From positions 1-50,692 of the forward strand of contig JBEIHR010000003.1 of NCBI GenBank assembly GCA_040381195.1: a DNA stretch of 50,692 nt. The letters are read 5' to 3'. This document shows, piece after piece, positions 8,467-17,891 of this stretch. The translations under genes were made by a program, and so were the position numbers. Source of the stretch: Rubricoccaceae bacterium. GTDB taxonomy: Bacteria > Actinomycetota > Actinomycetes > S36-B12. The notes beneath the pieces are model-generated. The model searched no databases and was not told the origin of the DNA. It was given only the letters and a program-made list of their open reading frames with translations. Each line of letters starts with the position of its first letter. Positions within the stretch are counted from its first letter, which is position 1.

Positions 8467-9677
8467 CGAGGCTCGATGCAATCCGAGTCGAGCAGGTCTC
8501 CAAGCGCTTTCTGCGACACATCGACCGCCGGCGCTCACTGAAAGAGCGCATCGTGCGGGGACGCCCCACCTCCACAGAGGATTTCTGGGCACTCCGCGAC
8601 GTATCCATCGCGATCCCCCAAGGGAGCATGTACGGACTTATCGGTCACAACGGTTCCGGCAAGTCGACTCTACTCAAACTTGTAACTGGGATCTATCGTC
8701 CAACGTCCGGTTCGATCACGTGCGAGGGTCGTGTTGCGGCTCTCATCGAGCTCGGTGCCGGATTCCACCCCGACATGACCGGCCGCGAGAACATCCGTCT
8801 CAATGGTGCGATTCTGGGACTGTCCAAGAAGGAAATTGCAGCAGCAACCGACTCGATCATTGAATTCTCAGGGCTTCGGGAATTCATTGACGATCCTGTG
8901 CGTCACTATTCGAGCGGTATGTACGTCCGCTTGGGTTTCTCTGTCGCGGTCAACGTAAAGCCCGACGTCCTGTTGGTCGACGAGGTTCTCGCCGTAGGTG
9001 ACGAGGAGTTCCAGCGCAAGTGTTTCGATCATCTCGCCGCTTTACGAAAGTCGGGCACCACGATCGTCGTAGTCAGCCATGGTCTCGGGCAAGTCGAATC
9101 CCTCTGCGATGACGTCACATGGCTCGATCACGGGCAAGTAGCCGGGTCTGGCCCCGCCCCTCGTGTCGTGTCGGCCTATCTCGAGAAAGTTAATGCGGAG
9201 GAGTCAGCTCGAAACCCTCGGATCGAGGCGGCGCGGGAGGCTGGGGATCGACGATCCGATTCCATCATCGAGTTGACCCGCGCTGCGGTAACGGATGGTC
9301 GCGGTCAGCCCCTAGACCATGCAGAAACGGGAACAACATTCGCTGTGGCGGTGGGCTTCACAGCACATGAAGAGGTGCTCGGCCCAAATGTGAGAGTTGC
9401 CTTTCAGCATGAGTCAGGTCCCTTGGTGACGATGGTCAACAATCATCGACACAATATCGATCTCGGATACGTGCGTGGCAAACACACCGTTTACGTCGGC
9501 CTTACTGACAACCCTCTTCTGCCTGGTCGCTACATCGTCCACATCGATGTCTTCGATCACACCGGCACCAGGGTCATCGACACCTGGAACAATTCCCTGG
9601 AGTTCGTCGTACGGAGTCCGAGGGGCGAAATCGGTCAGGGATTCGTCGACCTCCCGGCAACCTTCCGGATCGAGTAA
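8463..9677 (+). CDS. wzt: ABC polysaccharide export ATP-binding protein with C-terminal Wzt_C carbohydrate-binding domain
   Basis: Walker A GHNGSGKST, YSSGM signature, LLVDEVLAVGD; about 150 aa beta-rich C-terminal extension (LLPGRY). Confidence 0.93.
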   Translation: MTRLDAIRVEQVSKRFLRHIDRRRSLKERIVRGRPTSTEDFWALRDVSIAIPQGSMYGLIGHNGSGKSTLLKLVTGIYRPTSGSITCEGRVAALIELGAGFHPDMTGRENIRLNGAILGLSKKEIAAATDSIIEFSGLREFIDDPVRHYSSGMYVRLGFSVAVNVKPDVLLVDEVLAVGDEEFQRKCFDHLAALRKSGTTIVVVSHGLGQVESLCDDVTWLDHGQVAGSGPAPRVVSAYLEKVNAEESARNPRIEAAREAGDRRSDSIIELTRAAVTDGRGQPLDHAETGTTFAVAVGFTAHEEVLGPNVRVAFQHESGPLVTMVNNHRHNIDLGYVRGKHTVYVGLTDNPLLPGRYIVHIDVFDHTGTRVIDTWNNSLEFVVRSPRGEIGQGFVDLPATFRIE

Positions 9678-9687
9678 CGGGTACACC

Positions 9688-11430
9688 GTGTTGACGTTCC
9701 TCGACGGACTGCCGGAGTCGCATCCCATCGTCCAGGTAAAGCGCCGCTTGGGTCGAATTCGGCGCTGGGCCAAGCGTCGCTGGTGGGAGCGGAACGTTGG
9801 AAAGCAATACCAGGCCTGGATCACCGATTCATTCGCGCGTTCACCTGGAACGGTAGACAACTCCCTCGCTGTTGCCGTGATAGTGCCGGTCTTCAATCCA
9901 CCGCTGCCGTACCTGCGCCTATGCCTTGATTCAGTGCTCAACCAGACTGCTAAGCACTGGCAGCTCATCGTGAGTGATGACGGCTCGACCGCGCCCAGTG
10001 TTGTGTCCTACCTCGATTCATTTGCGGCCATTCACGAAGGAGACCCACGCATCACGGTGCTTCGCAACAGCAACGGCGGAATTTCGGCTGCCTGTAATCG
10101 AGGCCTGAAGCGGGTTACGACCGAGTGGTTCGGCTGGCTCGATCACGATGATCTGCTGAATCCGCGTGCCATCGAGATGCTGAGCCAGGAATTGCTGCGT
10201 GACCCGAGTATCGACGTCATCTATTCCGATGAGGACAAGATTGACGGTGGGGGTCGGCATTTCGAACTGCACTGCAAACCGGACTTCTCTCCGGAGCTTC
10301 TGCTGACGCAGATGTACCTGTGTCACTTCACTGCATTCCGTACGTCCATGGTCCGTGATGTGGGTGGCTTCAGGTCCCAGATGGATGGTGCCCAAGACTT
10401 CGATCTGGCACTTCGCCTACTTCCCTCACTCGGAAAAGTTGCACATATTCCCCGGCCCCTGTATCACTGGCGCGCGTGGGCGGAAAGTACGGCGTTGACA
10501 ATCGAGGCGAAACCGTGGGCGCAGGAAGCGGCGGCCCGCGCACAGATTGAACACCTGCAGCGAACCTTCGGCGGTGGGAGCGCTACTCCCAGTGCGACGA
10601 GGGGGCTCAATGAGATTCACCCGCGTGTAGCCACGCCGTACACGATCAGCGTGATCATTCCAACCATCGGAAAGCGTTCACCATCATCAGGTACCCGGTT
10701 CGTTGACGATGCTGTGCGGTCGTTACGTGAACGAGAGGACTCTCCGCTGGAGATCATCGCGGTCACCACGGGCGTGATCGAGCCGATTTCAGGTGTCGAT
10801 TGGCAGATCGCTTACACGCCCGAGGGTGAATTCAACTTCTCCGAGGCAGTAAACATTGGCAGAAGTCACGCATCGGGAAGTTACTTGTTGATTCTCAACG
10901 ACGACACGATCGCCATGACGGATGGGCCTGTGACGCGCATGCTCGAACTTGGCCAGATTCCCGAAGTGGGGGTTACTGGCGCCCTTCTTACTTATCCGGA
11001 TGGACGAATCCAGCACGCTGGAATCGTTCTTTTGCCTGATGGGCCTACCCACGTGCACATCGGAAAGGGTGCCACGTGGCCGGGCTACTTCGGTTCCACG
11101 TTGACTCCTCGGAACTTCAGCGCGGTAACGGCTGCGGTGATGCTGGTGAGGGCGGAGGTCTTCGATCTCGTCGGCGGCTTCGATCCATCCTTCGCCCGAG
11201 ACTTCAACGATGTGGATTTCTGCCTTCGAGTTCGCGAGCTCGGCTATCGCGTAGCGTGGACGCCCTACGCGCACCTACTCCACCACGAGGGAGCGTCCAT
11301 CGTGCGAAGGAAGGCCGATCCGCGGGAGTCTGAGATGTTCATACGTCGCTGGCAGTCCATCCTTAGTGCCGACCCCTATTACTCGCGGGCTCTCAATCCA
11401 CTCCTTGACAGAGTCTTCGAGGCGCTGTGA
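9688..11430 (+). CDS. Tandem-domain GT2 glycosyltransferase (O-antigen rhamnosyltransferase-like)
   Basis: Domain 1: IVPVFNP, LDHDD, YSDEDK, GAQDFDL, LYHWR. Domain 2: IIPT, FNFS, LNDD, FNDVDFCLR. Start trimmed to avoid overlap with wzt. Confidence 0.9.
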   Translation: MLTFLDGLPESHPIVQVKRRLGRIRRWAKRRWWERNVGKQYQAWITDSFARSPGTVDNSLAVAVIVPVFNPPLPYLRLCLDSVLNQTAKHWQLIVSDDGSTAPSVVSYLDSFAAIHEGDPRITVLRNSNGGISAACNRGLKRVTTEWFGWLDHDDLLNPRAIEMLSQELLRDPSIDVIYSDEDKIDGGGRHFELHCKPDFSPELLLTQMYLCHFTAFRTSMVRDVGGFRSQMDGAQDFDLALRLLPSLGKVAHIPRPLYHWRAWAESTALTIEAKPWAQEAAARAQIEHLQRTFGGGSATPSATRGLNEIHPRVATPYTISVIIPTIGKRSPSSGTRFVDDAVRSLREREDSPLEIIAVTTGVIEPISGVDWQIAYTPEGEFNFSEAVNIGRSHASGSYLLILNDDTIAMTDGPVTRMLELGQIPEVGVTGALLTYPDGRIQHAGIVLLPDGPTHVHIGKGATWPGYFGSTLTPRNFSAVTAAVMLVRAEVFDLVGGFDPSFARDFNDVDFCLRVRELGYRVAWTPYAHLLHHEGASIVRRKADPRESEMFIRRWQSILSADPYYSRALNPLLDRVFEAL

Positions 11431-13118
11431 CGGCGGACAACGTGCAACCCATCCGATCACGTGCAGGTCGATCCCTGGTCGCCCTTGGTGATCAATCCCT
11501 GCTGACCACGGAACGGGTGGAACTCATCGCGCGGCACTTCGATAGTGAGCCAAGGCTCGCGTCGGTGAGCCTCGTTCCCTCGACTGTCACTCGCGATGAG
11601 TTCCTGCGTTCCACCGCACCTGCGGGTCCCACGTGCGTCCTCGCTCTCGATCTCGCTGACCTCGTGGGCCCCCCACCGGCTGTCGATCTCGAAACCGAGG
11701 CGGTGCGGACATGGGGGCGGATGGCGAGCGACCACGGACTGTGGCACGACTGGCTTCTCATCAGCCAGCCCGACGCTGGACGAGGTGGCTCGGCTGTGGT
11801 GATTTCCAATGCGGATCAGTGGGAGGTGCACGATCCCACGGGTTCGCACCATGCGGCCTTCATCGAGTCGGAGCCAATTCCCTCTTCGATGACAGTCAAT
11901 GTTGACGCCACATGGCTGGGACCTCACGAGACTGGCGCGCAAGTTCTCACTACCGCGGCCGTCGAAGCGCTTGCCCGACAGCCGAATATCGAGTCCGTCA
12001 CCCTTACGGGCATTTCGGATTTGCCTGAGTACGCAATGCATCTTGCCAACGTGCCCGGAGTCCGTGTCTCTCCGACCTCACGCACAAGGGCCGATATCGT
12101 CTGGTACCCAAATCAGATTGATCGCCGCAGCAATATCGGGGATGCCCGCGATCTTGGAAAAAGAGTCGTCACGACTTACCTTGATCTCATTGCCTATGAC
12201 ATTCCGCGCTATCACGGTTCTGAACATGATTGGTTGGACTACCGCGCTCTCCAACGGACTATTGCCCTGGGTGTTGACGGCATCACCACCATCAGCGCGG
12301 ACGTAGCGGAACGCTTGTGTGCGGAGGTTCCTCGTCTCGACCCAGAACGGGTTCTTCCGATCCCACTCGGGCTCGACCACATCACTCGGTCGGATCCACG
12401 GGTTGGTGACGACATCCGTACACTTGTCGCAGACCTGGATGGGCGCCCATTCCTTCTCGTCCTCGGAAACGACTTCGTACACAAGAATCGGGATTTCGCC
12501 ATCCGTGTCTGGGAAAGGGTCCTCGCTGGCGGGGTTAGCTGCGATCTGGTTTTGGCGGGTCTCCATGTGCGCTCGAGCAGCAGCCGGGACCGGGAACGTG
12601 AATTGCTCGATGTGCATACGAATCTTCGGGGTAGGGCTTATTCGGTGGGCCATGTCACGGGCCCGAGTCGGTCATGGCTGCTCACGCACGCCAGCGCAGT
12701 GATCTATCCTTCAAGCGCCGAGGGTTTCGGATTCGTGCCCTACGAGGCAGCCGTTCTCGGAACCCCGACGACCTTCACTGCCTTCGGGCCCTTGGCGGAG
12801 ATTTCAGGAATCGCGTCGGTTCCCCCAGGTTGGGACATCGAGGACTATGCCGCGGATCTCACCCGGCTGCTGGGCGAGCCGCCCTTTGCACAGCGCAGGC
12901 TCGACGACTTGAATGCAGCCGTGACCAGATACTCCTGGGATCGGTTCGCGGCGGAACTCGCCTCATTTTTTGCTCGGATCCGATCTATGCCCGCCGTGGG
13001 GATGACCCCGCTGGTTCGGAGTGCCTCATCGACGGGGAATCCAGGAGGGGGCCGGGCAGACCGAACGTCGCGTGCGCTGCGTGCAAGCGCACGGCGCGTG
13101 ATTCGTCGTGGGAGGTGA
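11427..13118 (+). CDS. GT4 glycosyltransferase with uncharacterised N-terminal extension
   Basis: GTGA coupling; GNDFVHKN, YPSSAEGFGFVPYEAAVLG; Arg-rich tail. Confidence 0.85.
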   Translation: MTADNVQPIRSRAGRSLVALGDQSLLTTERVELIARHFDSEPRLASVSLVPSTVTRDEFLRSTAPAGPTCVLALDLADLVGPPPAVDLETEAVRTWGRMASDHGLWHDWLLISQPDAGRGGSAVVISNADQWEVHDPTGSHHAAFIESEPIPSSMTVNVDATWLGPHETGAQVLTTAAVEALARQPNIESVTLTGISDLPEYAMHLANVPGVRVSPTSRTRADIVWYPNQIDRRSNIGDARDLGKRVVTTYLDLIAYDIPRYHGSEHDWLDYRALQRTIALGVDGITTISADVAERLCAEVPRLDPERVLPIPLGLDHITRSDPRVGDDIRTLVADLDGRPFLLVLGNDFVHKNRDFAIRVWERVLAGGVSCDLVLAGLHVRSSSSRDRERELLDVHTNLRGRAYSVGHVTGPSRSWLLTHASAVIYPSSAEGFGFVPYEAAVLGTPTTFTAFGPLAEISGIASVPPGWDIEDYAADLTRLLGEPPFAQRRLDDLNAAVTRYSWDRFAAELASFFARIRSMPAVGMTPLVRSASSTGNPGGGRADRTSRALRASARRVIRRGR

Positions 13119-13125
13119 CAAGCGG

Positions 13126-14028
13126 ATGTCTCCTATTCGACCGATCCTGGTCTGCATGTCGTGGCGAGGTGGCGCCCGACTGGAGCGCTGCCTGACTTCC
13201 ATCGTGAGTGCGCACGCACATTTCGATCGAGTCGTGGTGAGTGTCGCGAGCGAGCCCGCGAGTAGGGATATGGGCATCGCACGAGAGTTCGTTGCTCGAA
13301 TTCCGCGTCTCGAGGTGATTAGTCCTGGGCGCGAATTGCCCACGATGCAACACCAAGCGTTCTGGATCGACTACCTGGTGCGCACGGGTGCGAAGCCACA
13401 CGACTGGATCGTCTGGATGTCCTATGACGATGAAGTCAGACCGCAGGGAATCGATGAGATAGTCGATGAATCGGGTGGGTGGCCACTACGTGAGGGAACC
13501 GGGTACTTCGGTCCATGGGCAATGCGCCACGAGGGCACGGACCGGCTCTGGGCGGGAGATTCATCGAAACAACTCGAGTCGTGGACGAGTTTCCCAGTCG
13601 ATGGCCCACTGGTTCTCCCCGCAGCCACGTGGGTGCGGGATCAACTTCGGCAGCCGACGTACATGCAGATGAGTGGCTCAGTGAATCCACTCACCTCGTT
13701 CCTTTACCTTCGGGATTCACGCCCACGCAAGCGTGGACCAATGCGCATTGAGATGGCGATCGCAACCGCACCCAATATCCGTTTCGTTCAGGAGTTTCCG
13801 ACACCGATCAGCATCATTTATGGCAGGTCGAACTCGGATCGAGCCTCATACGCGCACTCGGCTCGCACGGAGGATGCGCACCTCGCTGCCGGTCTGCTTC
13901 GGTACGGGGCTCATCACCCGTCCGCTATTCCAATCCTTACGCGCGCGGTAGTCGACGTTGTCGGTGCCTATGCGCGGCGCACCCATCCACGCGAGGAATG
14001 GCGGGTGCGGGCGATGGTCAGGCCCTAG
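13126..14028 (+). CDS. Divergent GT2-like (GT-A) protein
   Basis: GGAGG RBS upstream; RLERCLTSI and WIVWMSYDDE resemble GT-A elements; remainder unrecognised. Confidence 0.5.
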   Translation: MSPIRPILVCMSWRGGARLERCLTSIVSAHAHFDRVVVSVASEPASRDMGIAREFVARIPRLEVISPGRELPTMQHQAFWIDYLVRTGAKPHDWIVWMSYDDEVRPQGIDEIVDESGGWPLREGTGYFGPWAMRHEGTDRLWAGDSSKQLESWTSFPVDGPLVLPAATWVRDQLRQPTYMQMSGSVNPLTSFLYLRDSRPRKRGPMRIEMAIATAPNIRFVQEFPTPISIIYGRSNSDRASYAHSARTEDAHLAAGLLRYGAHHPSAIPILTRAVVDVVGAYARRTHPREEWRVRAMVRP

Positions 14029-14034
14029 GGACTC

Positions 14035-14895
14035 TCAGGCGACCAGACGCTGCAGGTACTGCCCGTAACCACTTTTTAGGAGAGGCTCGGCAAGCGATCG
14101 GAGATCCTCGTCGGTGATCCAGCCATTCCGCCAGGCAATTTCTTCGATGCAGCCAATCTTGGTTCCCGTGCGATCTTCGATCACCCGCACGAACTCGCCC
14201 GCGTCTTGAAGGGATCGGAACGTGCCCGTATCGAGCCATGCGGTGCCCCGCTCTAGCACGGTGACCGCGAGTTGACCCGCGCGGAGGTAGTGATCATTCA
14301 CCGCCGTGATTTCGAGTTCCCCGCGGTGCGAAGGCGTAATCGCTTTGGCGACGTCAACCACACCGGCGTCGTAGAAGTAGAGGCCCGGAACCGCGTAATT
14401 GCTCCGCGGGTTCGCGGGCTTCTCTTCGATGCTCAGTGCAATCCCCTCATGGTTGAACTCAACGACTCCGTACTCCGAGGGATCGGCAACTTGGTATGCA
14501 AAGACGTGACCACCGGACACATCCGTGAGCTCAGCGAGGAGCCTGCCCAACCGGGGGCCGTAGAAGAGGTTGTCACCAAGGATCAATGCGACGGCATCGC
14601 CCGCGAGAAACTCCTCTCCGATTAGGAAAGCTTGCGCCAAACCCTCAGGCCTGGGTTGAGTGGCGTAGGCAAGACGCATACCGAGATGCGATCCGTCACC
14701 GAGTAGCCGTGAGAAGGACTGTGAATCTTCGGGTGTGGTGATGACCAACACCTCGCGCAGACCTGCGGCCATGAGAGTCGCGAGGGGGTAATGGATCATG
14801 GGTTTGTCGTACACGGGCAGGAGCTGCTTGCTGATGCCCTGGGTGATGGGCCATAGACGTGATCCAGTGCCGCCGGCGAGGATGATCCCTTTCAC
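14035..14895 (-). CDS. rfbA: Glucose-1-phosphate thymidylyltransferase
   Basis: [48 protein letters not shown]. Confidence 0.97.
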   Translation of the reverse strand: MKGIILAGGTGSRLWPITQGISKQLLPVYDKPMIHYPLATLMAAGLREVLVITTPEDSQSFSRLLGDGSHLGMRLAYATQPRPEGLAQAFLIGEEFLAGDAVALILGDNLFYGPRLGRLLAELTDVSGGHVFAYQVADPSEYGVVEFNHEGIALSIEEKPANPRSNYAVPGLYFYDAGVVDVAKAITPSHRGELEITAVNDHYLRAGQLAVTVLERGTAWLDTGTFRSLQDAGEFVRVIEDRTGTKIGCIEEIAWRNGWITDEDLRSLAEPLLKSGYGQYLQRLVA

Positions 14896-14901
14896 GGGTG
14901 A

Positions 14902-14907
14902 AGGGTA
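14902..14907 (-). promoter_or_regulatory. Putative -10 element TACCCT, leaderless rfbA start
   Basis: TANNNT 6 nt before the GTG that matches the conserved RmlA N-terminus. Confidence 0.6.
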
Positions 14908-14914
14908 GCGATGG

Positions 14915-15781
14915 TCAGCTTCCCGCGATGTCGCGCGAGGGGAGTAGCCCCCGGACCGAGCCCTGAGCCTTCCTCCACCGATCGGATTCGAGGACCAGGC
15001 CGAGCACCTGGTTCGACGTGACACGGCGCAGCGTGCGTACGGCATGACGAGGTGATTGGCGAAACTCGGCCGGGAAGAGCTTCAAGCGATTGCGCAGCAT
15101 CGTGGTCCGCCGTTCGGGGGAGTGTCCCGTCACCATCGTCGGGTGCCCAAACACGCGCACGATGCGTGCTGATCCGATCACGTGCCGGATGGAAACTCCC
15201 GGCGCGACACACACGGAGTAACCACGCTCGCGGAGTCGCAGGCAGGCTGCGGCATCGACCGCGTCAATCCCCAGAGCCTCATCGAATCCGCCGACTTCGC
15301 GCAGGACCGGCACAGACCACAGTGTGCCCGTCTGGATGAGTTCCTCGGTGATGTCACCGTGGGGTCCGGCAGCGCCTGGGATTTCAATCAGCCCTGCGGC
15401 ATCGATGATTTGAGACGTACCGATGGCACCCACACGATCACCAGCAGAGATCCGCAGGTGAACGTCATGGAGTAGTTGCGCGACATAGCCTTCGTCAACC
15501 TCGGTGTCCTGGTCCAATGTCAGGAGCCACTCATATCCCTTGTCCAGGGCCACACACAGGCCATCATTGAGTCCGCGGGCGACGCCGCGGTTGAGGCCAT
15601 GCCGTTTCAGGGTGACTCGGTCGCTGTCTCGAAACTCTGCGAGGGATCGATCACTCGTACAGGGACTTGCGTCATCACTGACAACGACGTGGTCCACCTG
15701 ATTCAGGAGCATTCGAACCGTGGCTGCCAGGGAGGGTCCTGGTCTAAAGGTCGGGATCACGCCGATGACGCGACTAGCCAT
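14915..15781 (-). CDS. GT2 glycosyltransferase, putative rhamnosyltransferase
   Basis: [35 protein letters not shown]. Confidence 0.88.
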   Translation of the reverse strand: MASRVIGVIPTFRPGPSLAATVRMLLNQVDHVVVSDDASPCTSDRSLAEFRDSDRVTLKRHGLNRGVARGLNDGLCVALDKGYEWLLTLDQDTEVDEGYVAQLLHDVHLRISAGDRVGAIGTSQIIDAAGLIEIPGAAGPHGDITEELIQTGTLWSVPVLREVGGFDEALGIDAVDAAACLRLRERGYSVCVAPGVSIRHVIGSARIVRVFGHPTMVTGHSPERRTTMLRNRLKLFPAEFRQSPRHAVRTLRRVTSNQVLGLVLESDRWRKAQGSVRGLLPSRDIAGS

Positions 15782-15787
15782 GGAGTC

Positions 15788-15793
15788 AGGCTA
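15788..15793 (-). promoter_or_regulatory. Putative -10 element TAGCCT, leaderless start at 15781
   Basis: TANNNT 6 nt before ATG. Confidence 0.55.
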
Positions 15794-15860
15794 CGCGAGT
15801 CCCACAGGCCCCTGTGTGACATGGATAGGCTGCTACAAAGACCAGATGGTGGAGGATCGA

Positions 15861-16865
15861 GTGGTCGAGGCTAAGCGCGCATTTATCACGGGCGTCACCG
15901 GGCAGGATGGGTCTTATATGGCCCAGCAGTTACTTGAGAAGGGTTATGAAGTCCACGGCCTCGTTCGACGCTCCAGCACGTTCAATCGCTCGCGGATCGA
16001 TCACCTGCATCACGATGAGCACATTCCCGGAAAGAACCTCCATCTTCACTACGGCGACGTAAGTGATGCAGCCAGGATGCATCAATTGATTTCTGAATTG
16101 CGTCCCCACGAGGTGTATAACTTGGCCGCGCAGTCCCATGTGCGGGTGTCGTTCGACGAACCTCTCTATACGGCTAACGCCACCGGCTTATCGACCCTCA
16201 ATTTGCTCGAGGCAATCCGCAGCGTCGACAGGAATATCCGGTTCTACCAGGCATCGACGAGTGAGATGTTTGGTGCGTCACCACCGCCCCAGAATGAAGA
16301 GACCCCCTTCTATCCCCGAAGCCCTTATGGTGTTGCAAAGGTGTACAGCTACTGGATCACTCGCAATTATCGTGAGGCCTACGATCTCTTCGCCGTGAAT
16401 GGCCAATTGTTCAATCACGAGTCACCGCGTCGCGGTGAGACGTTCGTGACACGCAAGATCACCCTTGCAGTTGCGCACATCGTCAAGGGAACCCAAAAAG
16501 AACTTTGGATGGGAAACCTTGATGCCGTGCGTGACTGGGGTTACGCACCGGAGTACACGGACGGCATGTGGCGCATGTTGCAAGCCGATGCACCTGAGGA
16601 CTTCGTACTCGCCACAGGGACCGCGTACACGATCCGAGATTTTCTGACCTTTGCATTTGAGCACGTCGGCCTGAAGTGGGAGGACTACGTCCGTTTCGAT
16701 CCGAAGTTCCTGCGTCCCACGGAGGTGGACGAACTAATCGGTGATGCCTCGAAGGCGAAGCGCGCATTGGATTGGGAGGCCAAAGTCCTACCCCCTGAAC
16801 TGGCCAGGATCATGGTCGATGCAGACATCGCCCGGCTCGAGGGTGCCAACGAAGGTCAATTCTGA
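15861..16865 (+). CDS. gmd: GDP-mannose 4,6-dehydratase
   Basis: ITGVTGQDGSY, YNLAAQSHV, QASTSEMFG, SPYGVAK, FNHESPRRGETFVTRKI; GGAGG before GTG 15861 (alternative ATG 15846). Confidence 0.96.
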   Translation: MVEAKRAFITGVTGQDGSYMAQQLLEKGYEVHGLVRRSSTFNRSRIDHLHHDEHIPGKNLHLHYGDVSDAARMHQLISELRPHEVYNLAAQSHVRVSFDEPLYTANATGLSTLNLLEAIRSVDRNIRFYQASTSEMFGASPPPQNEETPFYPRSPYGVAKVYSYWITRNYREAYDLFAVNGQLFNHESPRRGETFVTRKITLAVAHIVKGTQKELWMGNLDAVRDWGYAPEYTDGMWRMLQADAPEDFVLATGTAYTIRDFLTFAFEHVGLKWEDYVRFDPKFLRPTEVDELIGDASKAKRALDWEAKVLPPELARIMVDADIARLEGANEGQF

Positions 16866-16876
16866 GTCGGGGCGAT

Positions 16877-17851
16877 ATGCGCGTCCTCATCACAGGAGCG
16901 GCAGGGCAAGACGGGACGATCATGTCCACCCTGCTGGCGCGCGATGGCGCCTCGATCGTCGGATTTGTGAAGGCGGGGACCCCACACAGCCGACTCCGGC
17001 GTTACGTGCCGGACATTGAAATCGTGGAAGGTGACCTGGCTCGGGAGGCGGAACTTCGAAGCCTTGTCAGCGATATCGAACCGACGCATATCTACAACTT
17101 CGGAGGATTCACAGCCCCGGGAGAGTCGTGGGATCACGTCGATGAGGTCCAGCAAGTCAACGTTGACGCTGTGCGAGTTCTGCTCGAATCGGCGGCAGCG
17201 CTTCCGAACCCCGCACGTTTCTTTCAGGCATCGTCCTCGCACATTTTTGAAGGCACCGATCGCTCACCGCAGGACGAGACCTTCGACTTCTCACCGACGA
17301 GTCCCTACGCGCGTTCGAAGGCGGAGGCCCTATCGCTGGTCCGCGATGCCCGACGGAGCAAGGGACTCTTTGCAGTGTCAGCGATTCTCTACAACCACGA
17401 GTCACCGCTGCGAACGGAGCATTTCGTCACTCGTAAGGTCAGTATGGCGGTGGCTCGTATCGCTGTAGGTCTCCAGGATCGCCTTGAACTCGGTGATATC
17501 GAGGTTGCCCGAGACTGGGGATGGGCACCCGACTACGTACGCGCCATGCGCTTGATGACTGAAGCCGATCAACCTGCTGACTATGTGCTCGCAACTGGAA
17601 TCTCACACAGACTCTCCTTTTTCATCGCAAAGGCGTTTGCCGCAGCGGGAATTCTCGATTGGCAGCGCTACGTGGTGGCGGCTGGCAGTGATCGCCCCAT
17701 CGACACGAACAAGATGGTCGGTGATCCGAAAAGGGCTTACACCCATCTCGGCTGGCGTCACACCGTCGACTTCGACGCGATGGCTGCCGCCATGGTGACG
17801 TTCGACCAGGAGCTGCTCACAGACCCCGAGGCACTGTGGCGGGGCTTCTGA
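16877..17851 (+). CDS. Gmd-like SDR paralog (possibly a GDP-4-keto-6-deoxy-mannose reductase)
   Basis: ITGAAGQDG, SPYARSK, YNHESP, FVTRK, RDWG; the catalytic-Glu position reads His (QASSSHIF). Confidence 0.8.
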   Translation: MRVLITGAAGQDGTIMSTLLARDGASIVGFVKAGTPHSRLRRYVPDIEIVEGDLAREAELRSLVSDIEPTHIYNFGGFTAPGESWDHVDEVQQVNVDAVRVLLESAAALPNPARFFQASSSHIFEGTDRSPQDETFDFSPTSPYARSKAEALSLVRDARRSKGLFAVSAILYNHESPLRTEHFVTRKVSMAVARIAVGLQDRLELGDIEVARDWGWAPDYVRAMRLMTEADQPADYVLATGISHRLSFFIAKAFAAAGILDWQRYVVAAGSDRPIDTNKMVGDPKRAYTHLGWRHTVDFDAMAAAMVTFDQELLTDPEALWRGF

Positions 17852-17879
17852 CCGCATCAGTCCCCTGGTGATGAGCCCT

Positions 17880-17885
17880 TACCCT
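17880..17885 (+). promoter_or_regulatory. Putative -10 element TACCCT, leaderless start at 17892
   Basis: TANNNT 6 nt before GTG. Confidence 0.55.
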
Positions 17886-17891
17886 TGAGTC

